A stretch of DNA of 64,000 nt from a bacterium UBP4_UBA6127 (lineage in GTDB: Bacteria > UBP4 > UBA4092). This document shows, piece after piece, positions 38,470 through 48,145 of the stretch. The position numbers and the translations under genes are program-made. Under the pieces are notes generated by a model. The model saw only the letters and a program-made list of their open reading frames with translations, was not told where the DNA came from and searched no databases. The stretch is taken from positions 34,486-98,485 of the forward strand of contig DIVR01000021.1 of NCBI GenBank assembly GCA_002428325.1, read 5' to 3'. How positions within the stretch are numbered: the first letter of the stretch is position 1; each line of letters begins with the position of its first letter.

Positions 38470-39864
38470 TTATTTCCTTTCAGAAGATTCTTTCTCTTCT
38501 TTGATATCCGGCAGCCGTTTTCGAAATAGTTCTGCTAACCCATAGCCTGCTAGCATTATCAGATAAGGTTCTACCGGCATCCGGTACCGCTGATGCCCTA
38601 CAATGAAAATGGCATACAAGGCGGCCACCGAGATGAATACGCCAACCAGAAAAAGAGTATCCAACCACTTGTCACGAATCCCATAATAAACCCCGATCAG
38701 GCATGATATCAATAAAAGAGCATATGGAAATCCAAATACCTTTTTATATAAAACAACCTCTCGGGATAGCATCTGACGAGGAGGAAACCAGGTAAAGTAC
38801 CAGAGTTTGTCAACAAATAATTGAACAAACCGGGAGGGATTTTCCTGGATAAAAACCTTGGCTTCTTTCATCAATAAATCATCCTGCCGAACTTCTGATA
38901 TATCAAAATTCTCCTTAAAAGTATCAGGAATCAGGGTCTCAATGGGTTCCCCATTGGCTTTATAGAAGGTGCCGGTTCCTTCAGGATGGTTGCCCAGGTA
39001 AAAATTCAATCCCATGGTGGATTTAAACATGGGGAATTTCTGGAATATCAGGTAATTTCGAATCAACCAGGGCGAGACACATAGAAATATCAAACCCAAG
39101 ACAGCCCCCAAGACCTTCATCTTTCCGGCAATCGAACCTTTCCAGAAAAAGACCCATATCCCAATGACGGGAAGAATGGGTATCAATACATTGGAATTTA
39201 ACATTGTGATTCCAAACAATAAGCCGGCTCCGACCAGTAATTTCCAATTAGGAATTTCCCGATACAGGCAAAGACTGTAAATTCCCCCGATAAGGAAAAA
39301 GGTAAAAAAAGGTTCAGGAGTCAGCCGGGCGGCTCCAATAATAAATCCGGGAAAAACAACACTGCCCCAGCCGGCAATCCTGCCAGCCCAAGGACTAAAT
39401 ACCTTTCTAGCCGCTAAACAAATCAACACACAGGTCAATGCGGATATCCCGGCTTGCAGAAGTTTCATCATCCATTGCGCCATATGTTCAGGAAATATCC
39501 CATACACTCCTGCCAGCAATAAAGTAAAAAAAGGAAGTTGATTGGCAGTAGGACGGTAAACCCCGGTTTCAACAGCTTTCTCTCCTATGTGAAAGCCCTG
39601 AATCACCGGAGCGCTGTAGCCATACCCTTCCAGGACAGACCGGGCAATCACCCCATACTCATAATCCATCCCCAACGGAGCATTCGGCAATAGTAAATTA
39701 CTGGCAATTACAAACAATACCCTCAGAATGAATGCCACTAAAAATATCACTACCAGCTCATTTTTAATTCTGAATTTTCCAAAACCAATAGACATTAATA
39801 AAGTCCTTAATTGAGAGAATAGCCGCACCGACAAACAGCTGCTTGGTGGTATGCACCCCTTCAT
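38470..39864 (-). CDS. Polytopic membrane protein, probable GT-C glycosyltransferase (PMT_2/ArnT-like)
   Basis: 464 aa, about 11 TM helices. First loop acidic motif ...LGMDYEYGVIARSV... (DExxY-like), with a large hydrophilic loop near the C-terminus. Resemblance to the GT39/GT83 fold is moderate. Confidence 0.45.
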   Translation of the reverse strand: MKGCIPPSSCLSVRLFSQLRTLLMSIGFGKFRIKNELVVIFLVAFILRVLFVIASNLLLPNAPLGMDYEYGVIARSVLEGYGYSAPVIQGFHIGEKAVETGVYRPTANQLPFFTLLLAGVYGIFPEHMAQWMMKLLQAGISALTCVLICLAARKVFSPWAGRIAGWGSVVFPGFIIGAARLTPEPFFTFFLIGGIYSLCLYREIPNWKLLVGAGLLFGITMLNSNVLIPILPVIGIWVFFWKGSIAGKMKVLGAVLGLIFLCVSPWLIRNYLIFQKFPMFKSTMGLNFYLGNHPEGTGTFYKANGEPIETLIPDTFKENFDISEVRQDDLLMKEAKVFIQENPSRFVQLFVDKLWYFTWFPPRQMLSREVVLYKKVFGFPYALLLISCLIGVYYGIRDKWLDTLFLVGVFISVAALYAIFIVGHQRYRMPVEPYLIMLAGYGLAELFRKRLPDIKEEKESSERK

Positions 39865-40001
39865 TTTCCCTTTATCTTACAAGGTAAGTCAACCTGAATA
39901 TCAGAATAATTTCCCCTGAATGATTCTCCATAAGTTTTCTTGGCATAGTTAAATCAGATAAGGTATACTTTTTTCAGGATATCCTTTGGGAGGGCCTGCC
40001 C

Positions 40002-41459
40002 ATGAAGCGATTGCAAATAAACCGGACTTCATATCATAATATATTTTCTTTTTTCCTCATCATCTTGTTTGGATTGGCGACTTGTTCAGTAACCCTTTCA
40101 GCGACTCTGGAAATAACAAATGATGCTTCCCAATCTTGGGGGACTATTAATCCCTGGGTCTGGGGAACCTATATGGGAAATCAGGAAGAGGGCGCCACCA
40201 CAGCTCTTTTAATCATTGAATTAAACCGGGATTGGGTCTTCCCGGTCAGCCAGAATCCTAAGGCGGATCCCGATGACCCTTCGGAATACAATTTTTCTGA
40301 CATGGATTATCGAATTTATGATGCCATAAAAAAAGGCATTACCCCCCTGGTCAAATTCTCTACCATTACGCCAGTGATTTCTAAATATAACAGTGAAGCC
40401 TCCCCCCCCAAAGATTACTCTCAATACCAGAAAATGATGGGAAATGTCATCCGCCACCTGACCCAGGGCTGGGGAAAGGGATACCATTTACCGATTCGCT
40501 ATGTAGAATTATGGAATGAGCCGGATTTGCAGGCTAAAGTATTCTGGAAGGGTTCACAGGAAGAGTTTTATAAAACCTATGCAGCTGCCGCCAGAGGAAT
40601 TAAATCAGCTGATAAGCAGATTGCAGTTGGCGGCCCAAGTTTTGCATGGATTTATTACACCCGGCAGGAACCCATGATAAAGGGGTTTCTGGATTATTGC
40701 CAAACCCATCAGGTACCCCTGGATTTCCTTTCCTGGCATCAATATGACCTGGTCCCGGGGGCCTATTATGATAAAGCCCAGAAGATTGATGCTTTACTGA
40801 AGAATTATCCCCGGTTAAGCCCCCTTTTCGGGAAACCCCTTAGCTTTAATACCGAGTGGAATAACATTGTGGGAATTATTATGCCCCAGGTGGCAGAGCA
40901 GTTCACTCCCATGGAAGCAGCCGCCCATAACATCTCGTCTATTATTATGATGGCAAATGGGGGAGTTTCGGCTGCCTATCGAATCCCGGCACCTCCGGTC
41001 TGGCCAATGTCTGCTCAGCAAGTTATGCAAAAGATGACCCGAACTCTGGACCGTATCTCCTCTCAAGGAGGAGATACTTTCGGTACCACCTCCCTGGCAG
41101 GGAAAAGCAAAGATAACAAAGAAGTTCAGGTTTTGGTTAGTGTTTATAATACTGGACATCTAAGCCAGAAGAAGGGTTTTATGCCCTCAGATATGTATTC
41201 CTACCAGGATGCTCTTCGAAAACGGATGGTTACACTTAACCAGAATAAAGCAGAGTCCCCATACACTAATCTCAGGCTAAAACTGGAAAAATTACCCTGG
41301 GCAGGTACAGGGAAAAGCACCTGGATTTATCATTATAAAGTGACTGAAACAGGATTGGTCCAGATGGATGCTAAGAAAGTTGGCACCTCTGCCTCAATTA
41401 TTGTTGAATACCCCATTCAGTCGCCCTCAATTCACCTGTTCAGAGCCGTTGGTGAGTAA
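40002..41459 (+). CDS. Exported glycoside hydrolase, clan GH-A (GH39-like)
   Basis: Signal/anchor peptide. Acid/base motif YVELWNEPDL (NEP) and candidate nucleophile LSFNTEWNN (TE) at the expected spacing of about 110 residues. 485 aa. Confidence 0.55.
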   Translation: MKRLQINRTSYHNIFSFFLIILFGLATCSVTLSATLEITNDASQSWGTINPWVWGTYMGNQEEGATTALLIIELNRDWVFPVSQNPKADPDDPSEYNFSDMDYRIYDAIKKGITPLVKFSTITPVISKYNSEASPPKDYSQYQKMMGNVIRHLTQGWGKGYHLPIRYVELWNEPDLQAKVFWKGSQEEFYKTYAAAARGIKSADKQIAVGGPSFAWIYYTRQEPMIKGFLDYCQTHQVPLDFLSWHQYDLVPGAYYDKAQKIDALLKNYPRLSPLFGKPLSFNTEWNNIVGIIMPQVAEQFTPMEAAAHNISSIIMMANGGVSAAYRIPAPPVWPMSAQQVMQKMTRTLDRISSQGGDTFGTTSLAGKSKDNKEVQVLVSVYNTGHLSQKKGFMPSDMYSYQDALRKRMVTLNQNKAESPYTNLRLKLEKLPWAGTGKSTWIYHYKVTETGLVQMDAKKVGTSASIIVEYPIQSPSIHLFRAVGE

Positions 41460-41537
41460 ACCCCTCTTTCATGATAAAGAGGTTCCCTGTTAGAATTCCA
41501 TATCAATGAAAGTGAATATCCAGATAAATCTAAACTT

Positions 41538-43016
41538 ATGACACAGAAATCAACCACGTTGGAAGGATGGAACAACAAAGTATCTCAGTCGCCCCTGTTT
41601 ATGGGGGGGGCTGTCTTATTGGGTATTTTACTGGGTATCTGGGGTTTTATTTATCCCAGTTACCTGACCCTTATCATCCCGGCTCTGCTGATTGGATTAA
41701 CAGTTTTATTAATTCGGCCAGACTGGGCCTATCTTCTGGCTGTAGCTTCCTTACCGGTCTTAGGTCTTTACTATGTTATCCCTGTTTCTTCCAAGGGTAT
41801 CCCCGTGGCGGTATATCCCCTATATATTTTAATTATTCCAACCCTGGCCGGCTGGTTTCTCTGGCGGTGTGCCCGATTAGCCCCCTCCGCTAGGCCATCA
41901 GGATGTGAAGGCCCCCTGTTTTGCCTGGGAGGATTAACAGCCATATCCCTGTTATGGGCCCCTGTACACAATTTCAGCCGATGGCAGGTTTTGATGTTGT
42001 TTGTGAATATGTCCATCTTTTTGTCTGCCGGCTTTTATATTCAGGACCGAAAAATGATATCAAAAGTATTTAATGTCCTGGTTGTGATGGGGGTTGTCGC
42101 TTCCCTGTTTGCTTTACTCTCCAAATTCATCGGATACCATTCAGAATCGCTATTTCCTGAAACAGGCCAGACTTTTATGGCAATCTTATACACTGGGATC
42201 GCCAGCCCCGGCCAGAATGGGTCCACCGGCATGTCCGGCCGAGCCGGTGGATTGGATATTCATAACCATATAGCCACCTATCTGAATTTCTACATATTTT
42301 TAACCTTTGCCCTTTTCTGGAATCAAAAAGACAGGAATCGTCGGATTTTCTTAGGGAGCAGCCTGGGGTTAATGCTTGTTGCCCATCTGATGACCTACAG
42401 CCGAGGGGGATTACTGGGATTAATGGGGGGAATCTTTGTTTTTATGTTGCTGCAACCGGAATTTCGGAATAATTTCATAAAATATTCCAGTTATGCCTTT
42501 ATCGTGTTGGTGGTGCTTTTTATATTGATTTATGGCAAAAACTTCGGCCAGGCTTTACAAAGAATTACTGCTGTATTTGGGGAAACAGGGGTCAGCGGCA
42601 CCAGTTCCCGGAAAGAAATCTGGTTAGATGGATTCAAACTTCTCAAAGAGTCTCCCTTGCTGGGAGCAGGAATTGGGGGATTCAGGACAATTTATCATCA
42701 CCCTCATGCCCATAATATCTATTTTTCTGTTCTCTTTGATTTAGGCCTGATTGGCTTCATGATATTGGGATGGTTCATCAGCAGACTGGTTAGAATTGTT
42801 CACTTAAGTTTAGCTACAATCCGGCAGGCAGAAGACTTGATGATGGCAAGGGCTTTCACTGGAGCTTTAGTAGCCTTTTCCATTCATGCTCTGGTAGATT
42901 TTGATTTCACCTGGGTCCAGTTTATCTGGGGAATCCTGGGTATCGGACTGGCCATGCTCAGGCTCAGCCGGGAAGAGGCAACTTCCAGCCCTTTTAACGA
43001 TTCCCCTGCCAACTAA
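41538..43016 (+). CDS. O-antigen ligase / polymerase family protein (Wzy_C domain)
   Basis: 492 aa, about 12 TM. Conserved Wzy_C region MTYSRGGLLGLMGGI and HAHNIYFSVLFDLGLIGF (compare HNSYLE..GIIG in WaaL/PglL). Confidence 0.7.
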   Translation: MTQKSTTLEGWNNKVSQSPLFMGGAVLLGILLGIWGFIYPSYLTLIIPALLIGLTVLLIRPDWAYLLAVASLPVLGLYYVIPVSSKGIPVAVYPLYILIIPTLAGWFLWRCARLAPSARPSGCEGPLFCLGGLTAISLLWAPVHNFSRWQVLMLFVNMSIFLSAGFYIQDRKMISKVFNVLVVMGVVASLFALLSKFIGYHSESLFPETGQTFMAILYTGIASPGQNGSTGMSGRAGGLDIHNHIATYLNFYIFLTFALFWNQKDRNRRIFLGSSLGLMLVAHLMTYSRGGLLGLMGGIFVFMLLQPEFRNNFIKYSSYAFIVLVVLFILIYGKNFGQALQRITAVFGETGVSGTSSRKEIWLDGFKLLKESPLLGAGIGGFRTIYHHPHAHNIYFSVLFDLGLIGFMILGWFISRLVRIVHLSLATIRQAEDLMMARAFTGALVAFSIHALVDFDFTWVQFIWGILGIGLAMLRLSREEATSSPFNDSPAN

Positions 43017-43021
43017 TTCAG

Positions 43022-44014
43022 TTACAGGTTTTCTTTCATTCTATCCGGAAACAGGTAGGCTAATCCCAGGGGAATAATGACAGGATATAAAGGCATCAGC
43101 AGGCGAGCCTCCTTCCATGACCCCATTACCAGAATCGCCAGGAAATAACAGACTCCCATTCCCACTGTTCCCCGGACAAAACCTGGAGCTTTCTTGAATC
43201 CCGGAAACATCCAATACCAGAAGAAACCAAACAAGAGTCCACATTTAATGGCTGAACGGACAATGGTTCCCGGCTGCAGGTTAAGCTGTATCAGTTTCCC
43301 CAACCCCATAACATGGGGAGCCCAACCCAACCCTATCCTCAGCCCTGTATAAAGAAAAAACCAGAGCACCCACCATCCCACCATCGGCAAGAAAGGTTTC
43401 CACTGAAACGCTGCTTTTCGATCCCAAACATTTTTAATATCCTGCCGGGTAAATAGATAGGCTAACGGCAGAAATAAAGCCGTTTCCCGGTTTAAGGTAG
43501 CAATAACCATCAAACCGGTAAACCACCGATACTTTTCCCGATGCAACAGCCAGAATCCCAGGGATACAAAAGCCGCTTCATACCAGGACCAGGGAGATAA
43601 TTCATGGTCCCGAAGAGCTATCATCATAGTGGCCCCGGCCAGAACCACGCCTAATAAAGCTGTCTCTTTTTTAAACCATTCCCTCAGATAAAGATACAAA
43701 CACGATAAAGCCAGAAATATCCCGGCAGTATCAATAAGGGTATAGCTTAAAATGAACGATTTTGGGAAAGGAATAACCACTCCCAGCAGGGTCATCAACC
43801 CCTGGGCAATCCAGGGCATTAAGACTCGGTAACGATAGGGAGAAAGAGCGCTCCCGGATACGATCAGGTCATGGAGAATGATTCTTTCCTTCAACATGGG
43901 CAGGCCAATATAAAACAGGTAATAATAACTGACAGCTCCAGCCACTCCCAATATCAACAACAGACTCTGCCATTCCCATCCCGAGGGTTTATTTGATTTA
44001 GCTTTAGAATTCAT
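43022..44014 (-). CDS. Hypothetical polytopic membrane protein
   Basis: 330 aa, 8 or more hydrophobic helices. No motif recognised. Confidence 0.4.
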   Translation of the reverse strand: MNSKAKSNKPSGWEWQSLLLILGVAGAVSYYYLFYIGLPMLKERIILHDLIVSGSALSPYRYRVLMPWIAQGLMTLLGVVIPFPKSFILSYTLIDTAGIFLALSCLYLYLREWFKKETALLGVVLAGATMMIALRDHELSPWSWYEAAFVSLGFWLLHREKYRWFTGLMVIATLNRETALFLPLAYLFTRQDIKNVWDRKAAFQWKPFLPMVGWWVLWFFLYTGLRIGLGWAPHVMGLGKLIQLNLQPGTIVRSAIKCGLLFGFFWYWMFPGFKKAPGFVRGTVGMGVCYFLAILVMGSWKEARLLMPLYPVIIPLGLAYLFPDRMKENL

Positions 44015-44100
44015 AGAGTTCTCTCCGACATTGTTATGAAAAGAGTATAACCTTACTAACCCTTTTATGAGAATAGCGGCTGACTTGAAAATTACCCCAC

Positions 44101-44128
44101 AAAAAAACCGGGAGGATGATCCTCCCGG
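44101..44128 (-). terminator. Rho-independent terminator for the 44164..45078 gene
   Basis: CCGGGAGGA-tga-TCCTCCCGG hairpin followed on the minus strand by a T7 run. Confidence 0.65.
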
Positions 44129-44163
44129 TTAAAAACATAAACTTGATTTTTTTGAATCAGTGA

Positions 44164-45078
44164 TTAATAAAGATTCCAGTCACGAACATCCAGTGCTGAA
44201 TCAACACCTGTCGCATAACCTGTTTTATAGGTTGTATTATTATAGACACCGCTACGCCACATCTTAAAATTACCACCGCCTAAATAAACAACGGAGCAAA
44301 AGTAGTTACGCGAGTCATTCCAGGTTCCGGCGGTTCCAAGAGAACCGACATTGTTCACAGGGAATTCAGCGCTGGTGAAGTTATAACCATCTGCTGAAGT
44401 CGAATAATGAAGAGCAGTATTATATGAATAAGACCATAACCGCCAATCATTATCGCCGATTTTAACCAGAGAACACGGCTGCTCACTGATACCTGTCATA
44501 GCTGGGGCTAATCCAGTGGTACTGAAACTAACACCATCATATGAGGTAGCAATAGCGAAAGTGCTACTGGGACCCGCCAGGATCATCCGGTAAATACCAT
44601 TATCATAATTTACCGCATGACCATCAGCATATTGTCCCCCGTAACTCAAGGTAGTCGTATCTTCAGTGAAGGTCACACCATCACTGGAAACCGCAGTACG
44701 GTTGGGGTAAGGAGACACATTCGTGGTGTAATAGATCCGATAAGGCTTGGCAGCAGAGGCAACATAAATCACATTCGGCCGACTACCGGTAATATTGAGT
44801 CCTGTACACGTTCCATCACCCAAGGTAGTCCAAGTGATTCCATCTGAAGATTCAGCTACTCCTATCACTCCATTATAGCTGGCTGTATCAAACCACATTT
44901 TATATGGTTTGGTCCAAGAAGCATTATAAACCACTGAGGGCATATAAGCTCTTGAAAATCCGGACGGTATTGGAACGGTTAAGGGATTGCTGGCATAATC
45001 AGTCCAGGTGATATTCTGGGCGGCAAAGGCTCCCACAGCTAAACAGGCAATCGCTAAAAAAGAAATTACTTTCTTCAA
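44164..45078 (-). CDS. Secreted protein with repeated beta-propeller blade-like motifs (GH43/GH32-like or BNR-like fold, function unknown)
   Basis: Signal peptide MKKVISFLAIACLAVGAFAA. Recurrent motifs ...KPYKMWFDT..., ...KPYRIYYTT..., ...GIYRMILAG..., ...DWRLWSYSY..., ...NFKMWRSGVY... suggest five blades. Confidence 0.4.
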   Translation of the reverse strand: MKKVISFLAIACLAVGAFAAQNITWTDYASNPLTVPIPSGFSRAYMPSVVYNASWTKPYKMWFDTASYNGVIGVAESSDGITWTTLGDGTCTGLNITGSRPNVIYVASAAKPYRIYYTTNVSPYPNRTAVSSDGVTFTEDTTTLSYGGQYADGHAVNYDNGIYRMILAGPSSTFAIATSYDGVSFSTTGLAPAMTGISEQPCSLVKIGDNDWRLWSYSYNTALHYSTSADGYNFTSAEFPVNNVGSLGTAGTWNDSRNYFCSVVYLGGGNFKMWRSGVYNNTTYKTGYATGVDSALDVRDWNLY

Positions 45079-45190
45079 TTATTTCACCCCCTTTCCTTGA
45101 GGCAGTCAAATTTCTCGATATTTTAACATAAATGTTACATATATGTTAAATCTATGTAAATTTTATATAGAAAAGGAACGGAGGAGAAAG

Positions 45191-45258
45191 GGAGCCAGAC
45201 CCAGGCTGATGGTTACAGGCTGGGTCCCAATCCGTCAAAGAAGGGGAAAGAAATAAGT
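45191..45258. repeat. Conserved intergenic element, copy B
   Basis: gagccagacccaggctgatggttacaggctgggtcccaatccgtcaaagaaggggaaagaaataag. Same orientation as copy A and intergenic. Confidence 0.5.
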
Positions 45259-45356
45259 GTGAAAAGGGGGTTCAGAGGAAGTAAACCCTTTCATCTTAAA
45301 CAACTTATATAGTTGTTATCATTAGCGTTATGTAGCATGTAACATGATTAAGAGAA

Positions 45357-45839
45357 TCAATCCAGACCCGTCTTAAGGACTTGAACAGGTGTTTTGGCCA
45401 GTTCATCCAGGATTTGTTGTTTTAGAGCGCGGGATTCATCAGATGAAGGGCCATAAATTTGGGGATTCAGGTAGTCAGGCTCACACTGCCAGACCGGGAG
45501 AAGCGGCTGGGGATCATTAAAATGCCGGGGAAATAGATGCCAATGGATATGGGATACCTGGTTTCCCAGGAGTTCATAATTCAATTTTCTGGGATTAACC
45601 GCTTTGAAAACAGCTTCCGAGAGGAATGTTAATTCTTCCAGGAAATGAATTCTAAAATCCCTATCAAGGAGATGTAGTTCAGCAGAATCCACCTTACAGA
45701 GAAAAATGGTATATCCCCTATAAAACTGGGAAGGACCCAGCATGGCAAACCCGGTTTCAAGTTCGGCAATCAGCCGGGGATGTTTATTTTCCCGGATAGA
45801 AATAATTTGGCGGCATATTTCACATGGAACAGAAGACAT
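45357..45839 (-). CDS. HIT family protein (histidine triad nucleotide hydrolase/transferase)
   Basis: N-terminal CEIC zinc motif and histidine triad VSHIHWHLFPRH. 160 aa. Confidence 0.8.
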   Translation of the reverse strand: MSSVPCEICRQIISIRENKHPRLIAELETGFAMLGPSQFYRGYTIFLCKVDSAELHLLDRDFRIHFLEELTFLSEAVFKAVNPRKLNYELLGNQVSHIHWHLFPRHFNDPQPLLPVWQCEPDYLNPQIYGPSSDESRALKQQILDELAKTPVQVLKTGLD

Positions 45840-45991
45840 AAAATAAGAGTCCTTTATCGATGGGTTGATATTTTGATTACCATTTTATATTAAAACCCAT
45901 GAAATAATACTCGAGTGGATAATCATATCAAGAAAAGAAGTTTTTTTCCGGTTCCATATTGACAGCCCAACTCTTTTAAATAAAAATACAG

Positions 45992-46585
45992 GTGTCAACA
46001 AGGTTTACTGAGATCCGATGCCAACAATGGAGTGAGGATGGAATAATGCCAAAACCGGTACGGCATCCCACTGTAGAGCATACCCAGAGAAGCTATTCCC
46101 GGAATGTCCGGGGATTATCTCTGGGATCCAGGAGCCAGGATTATTATGCCTCTTTCAAGGAGGCAGTTTCCCCGGCAAACAAATCCAGGCGAGCCTATCG
46201 GTGGGTCTTCTTCGTTCTGATTATCTCAGCCCTCTTAGTCGCCGCCACAGATGCAATAGGAGCGCTAGCCCTCCTTTTTTTGGCATTTTTCCCCAGCTTT
46301 TTATTATGGTTGATATTAATCGGAACCAATGGGGACTCCATCCGAAACCGATATTCCCATTGTTTTTTGCTGGGCAGTGGATTTATTGCCTGCTATGCTT
46401 TTTTTCATCCCATCGTAGCCTTGTACCTGATGATTTCCTTATCAGGCATTTTCTTTATTTATCACCGATTTGACCGGGATGAACTGGTCCGAGGATTGCT
46501 GATAATCTTTGCCGTTGGAGGAATCTTCAGCGCTATCATAACAGCTATCCGGTTTACTATGCGTTTCAACGGACATCTACTTTAA
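45992..46585 (+). CDS. Hypothetical small membrane protein (paralog of the next gene)
   Basis: Basic, hydrophilic N-terminus followed by 4 TM helices. ...IFFIYHRFDRDELVRGLLIIF... aligns with ...IFMLYHEFTKPEMEETFIKTG... of the next ORF. The start is uncertain (MPKPVRH is an alternative). Confidence 0.4.
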   Translation: MSTRFTEIRCQQWSEDGIMPKPVRHPTVEHTQRSYSRNVRGLSLGSRSQDYYASFKEAVSPANKSRRAYRWVFFVLIISALLVAATDAIGALALLFLAFFPSFLLWLILIGTNGDSIRNRYSHCFLLGSGFIACYAFFHPIVALYLMISLSGIFFIYHRFDRDELVRGLLIIFAVGGIFSAIITAIRFTMRFNGHLL

Positions 46586-46605
46586 TTTCTGAAAGGGCCA
46601 GTGAA

Positions 46606-47091
46606 ATGCACCCTGAACATAAAAATGAAAAGCGACCCCGGGAAGGGACCCTGAACTCCAGGAAAAACCTCTATAACCTCCGCTGGATGTTTTTGTTATT
46701 GGGAATTACTCTCCCTAATTGGATAGTCGCTTTTTTTGGCAATAACAACTTGCAGGGACAGCACATTTCTCTGGAAACTCATTTATTTCTATATTTTTTG
46801 GCCTGGGGGTTCTTCGGAATAGGGGGAGGGATTCTTTGGGTATTGGTCAACTGGATTCATGGATACACTCAAAGGAATAAATTCTGGGTGGCAGGATTGA
46901 CTGCGGCCCCCTGGTTTTGGCTATTGATAGGGTTTGGGGAAGTCTTTGGGGTGTATCTTGACCTCTGCCTGATTGGAATCTTTATGCTTTATCACGAATT
47001 CACCAAGCCTGAGATGGAAGAAACTTTCATAAAAACAGGAATGGTCCTCTTTACCCTGTTTATCAGCGGATTATTTTTAGCTTTATTATGA
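46606..47091 (+). CDS. Hypothetical small membrane protein (paralog of the previous gene)
   Basis: 161 aa. Same architecture and local similarity as the previous ORF. Confidence 0.4.
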   Translation: MHPEHKNEKRPREGTLNSRKNLYNLRWMFLLLGITLPNWIVAFFGNNNLQGQHISLETHLFLYFLAWGFFGIGGGILWVLVNWIHGYTQRNKFWVAGLTAAPWFWLLIGFGEVFGVYLDLCLIGIFMLYHEFTKPEMEETFIKTGMVLFTLFISGLFLALL

Positions 47092-48024
47092 AACAATGGG
47101 AATTGTTTCTTTTGGAGATTCCGCTCGAAGAGGCAACTCCGATAGCAACATGGCCCCCAGCATAATAATAGCTCCCGCCCACTGACGCAGGTTTAATAAT
47201 TCCCCTAATATCAGGTACCCTAAAACAGCAGCAAAAACAGGTTCCATCAGGTAAATCAAGGCGGCCTTATGGGTTTGGGTCCATCGCTGGTAAACAGCCT
47301 GAATCCCCATAGCGACTGTTGTGCCTAAGATTCCCAGCAGGATAATCATCGTAAACTGGGAAGCATCAGGCATCACCCATTTCCCTGAGTCGAAGAAAAG
47401 AGATGCTATAAAAAAGAAGACAAACTGAATCATAAACTGGAAACCCGCTACTATCATGGGGTCATGAATCCTGGTAAACCGGGTAGTATAGATAATATGG
47501 AAAGAAAAGAGAAAAGCGCAGACCAATACCAAGATATCTCCGGGATTGATTTTTAAATCAGCCGTCAAGGAAAACAACATCAATCCCATTAAAGCCATGG
47601 CAATACATCCCCAGGCTTTTAAATCAGGTTTATGATGCCCCATAAAGGCCATTAAAACAGGGACAATCACTACATTTAACCCGGTAATAAAGGCAGCATT
47701 GGTCGCTGTTGTCGTAATCATACCTGTCGTTTGGGCCACTAGACCTCCCCAAGACAACAGACCCAATATCAGCGAAGATTTAAAAAGGGAACCAAGACTT
47801 CCCTCTTCTTTTACCTTCACAATCCTGGGATATAACCAAGGTATCAGTACCAGAGAAGCAAAAGCAAACCGAATCGCCAACATTTCATAAATCGGCATCT
47901 GGGTTACCAGCCATTTCACTGGAATAAAAGTAGCACCCCAGATAAAAGTGGCTAACACAAGAAATCCGGCGGCTCTCTGGGGGCTAACCGGAATTTTTAC
48001 CTTATTTAAGGAGGTATTTTCCAT
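47086..48024 (-). CDS. EamA/DMT-superfamily transporter
   Basis: 312 aa, 10 TM arranged as two EamA-like halves (...LATFIWGATFIPVKWL...; ...ILLGILGTTVAMGIQAVYQ...). Confidence 0.7.
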   Translation of the reverse strand: MENTSLNKVKIPVSPQRAAGFLVLATFIWGATFIPVKWLVTQMPIYEMLAIRFAFASLVLIPWLYPRIVKVKEEGSLGSLFKSSLILGLLSWGGLVAQTTGMITTTATNAAFITGLNVVIVPVLMAFMGHHKPDLKAWGCIAMALMGLMLFSLTADLKINPGDILVLVCAFLFSFHIIYTTRFTRIHDPMIVAGFQFMIQFVFFFIASLFFDSGKWVMPDASQFTMIILLGILGTTVAMGIQAVYQRWTQTHKAALIYLMEPVFAAVLGYLILGELLNLRQWAGAIIMLGAMLLSELPLRAESPKETIPIVS

Positions 48025-48145
48025 CAGTTATTCCATTATAGCTGAGCCGGACAATCATAGGGTAAAGGAAAGGAATTCTCTCTTTTTTTAGTAATGGACC
48101 CATCCCCCCTGCAAAAGAAATGTTATGCTAATCTAGGAAATAATT

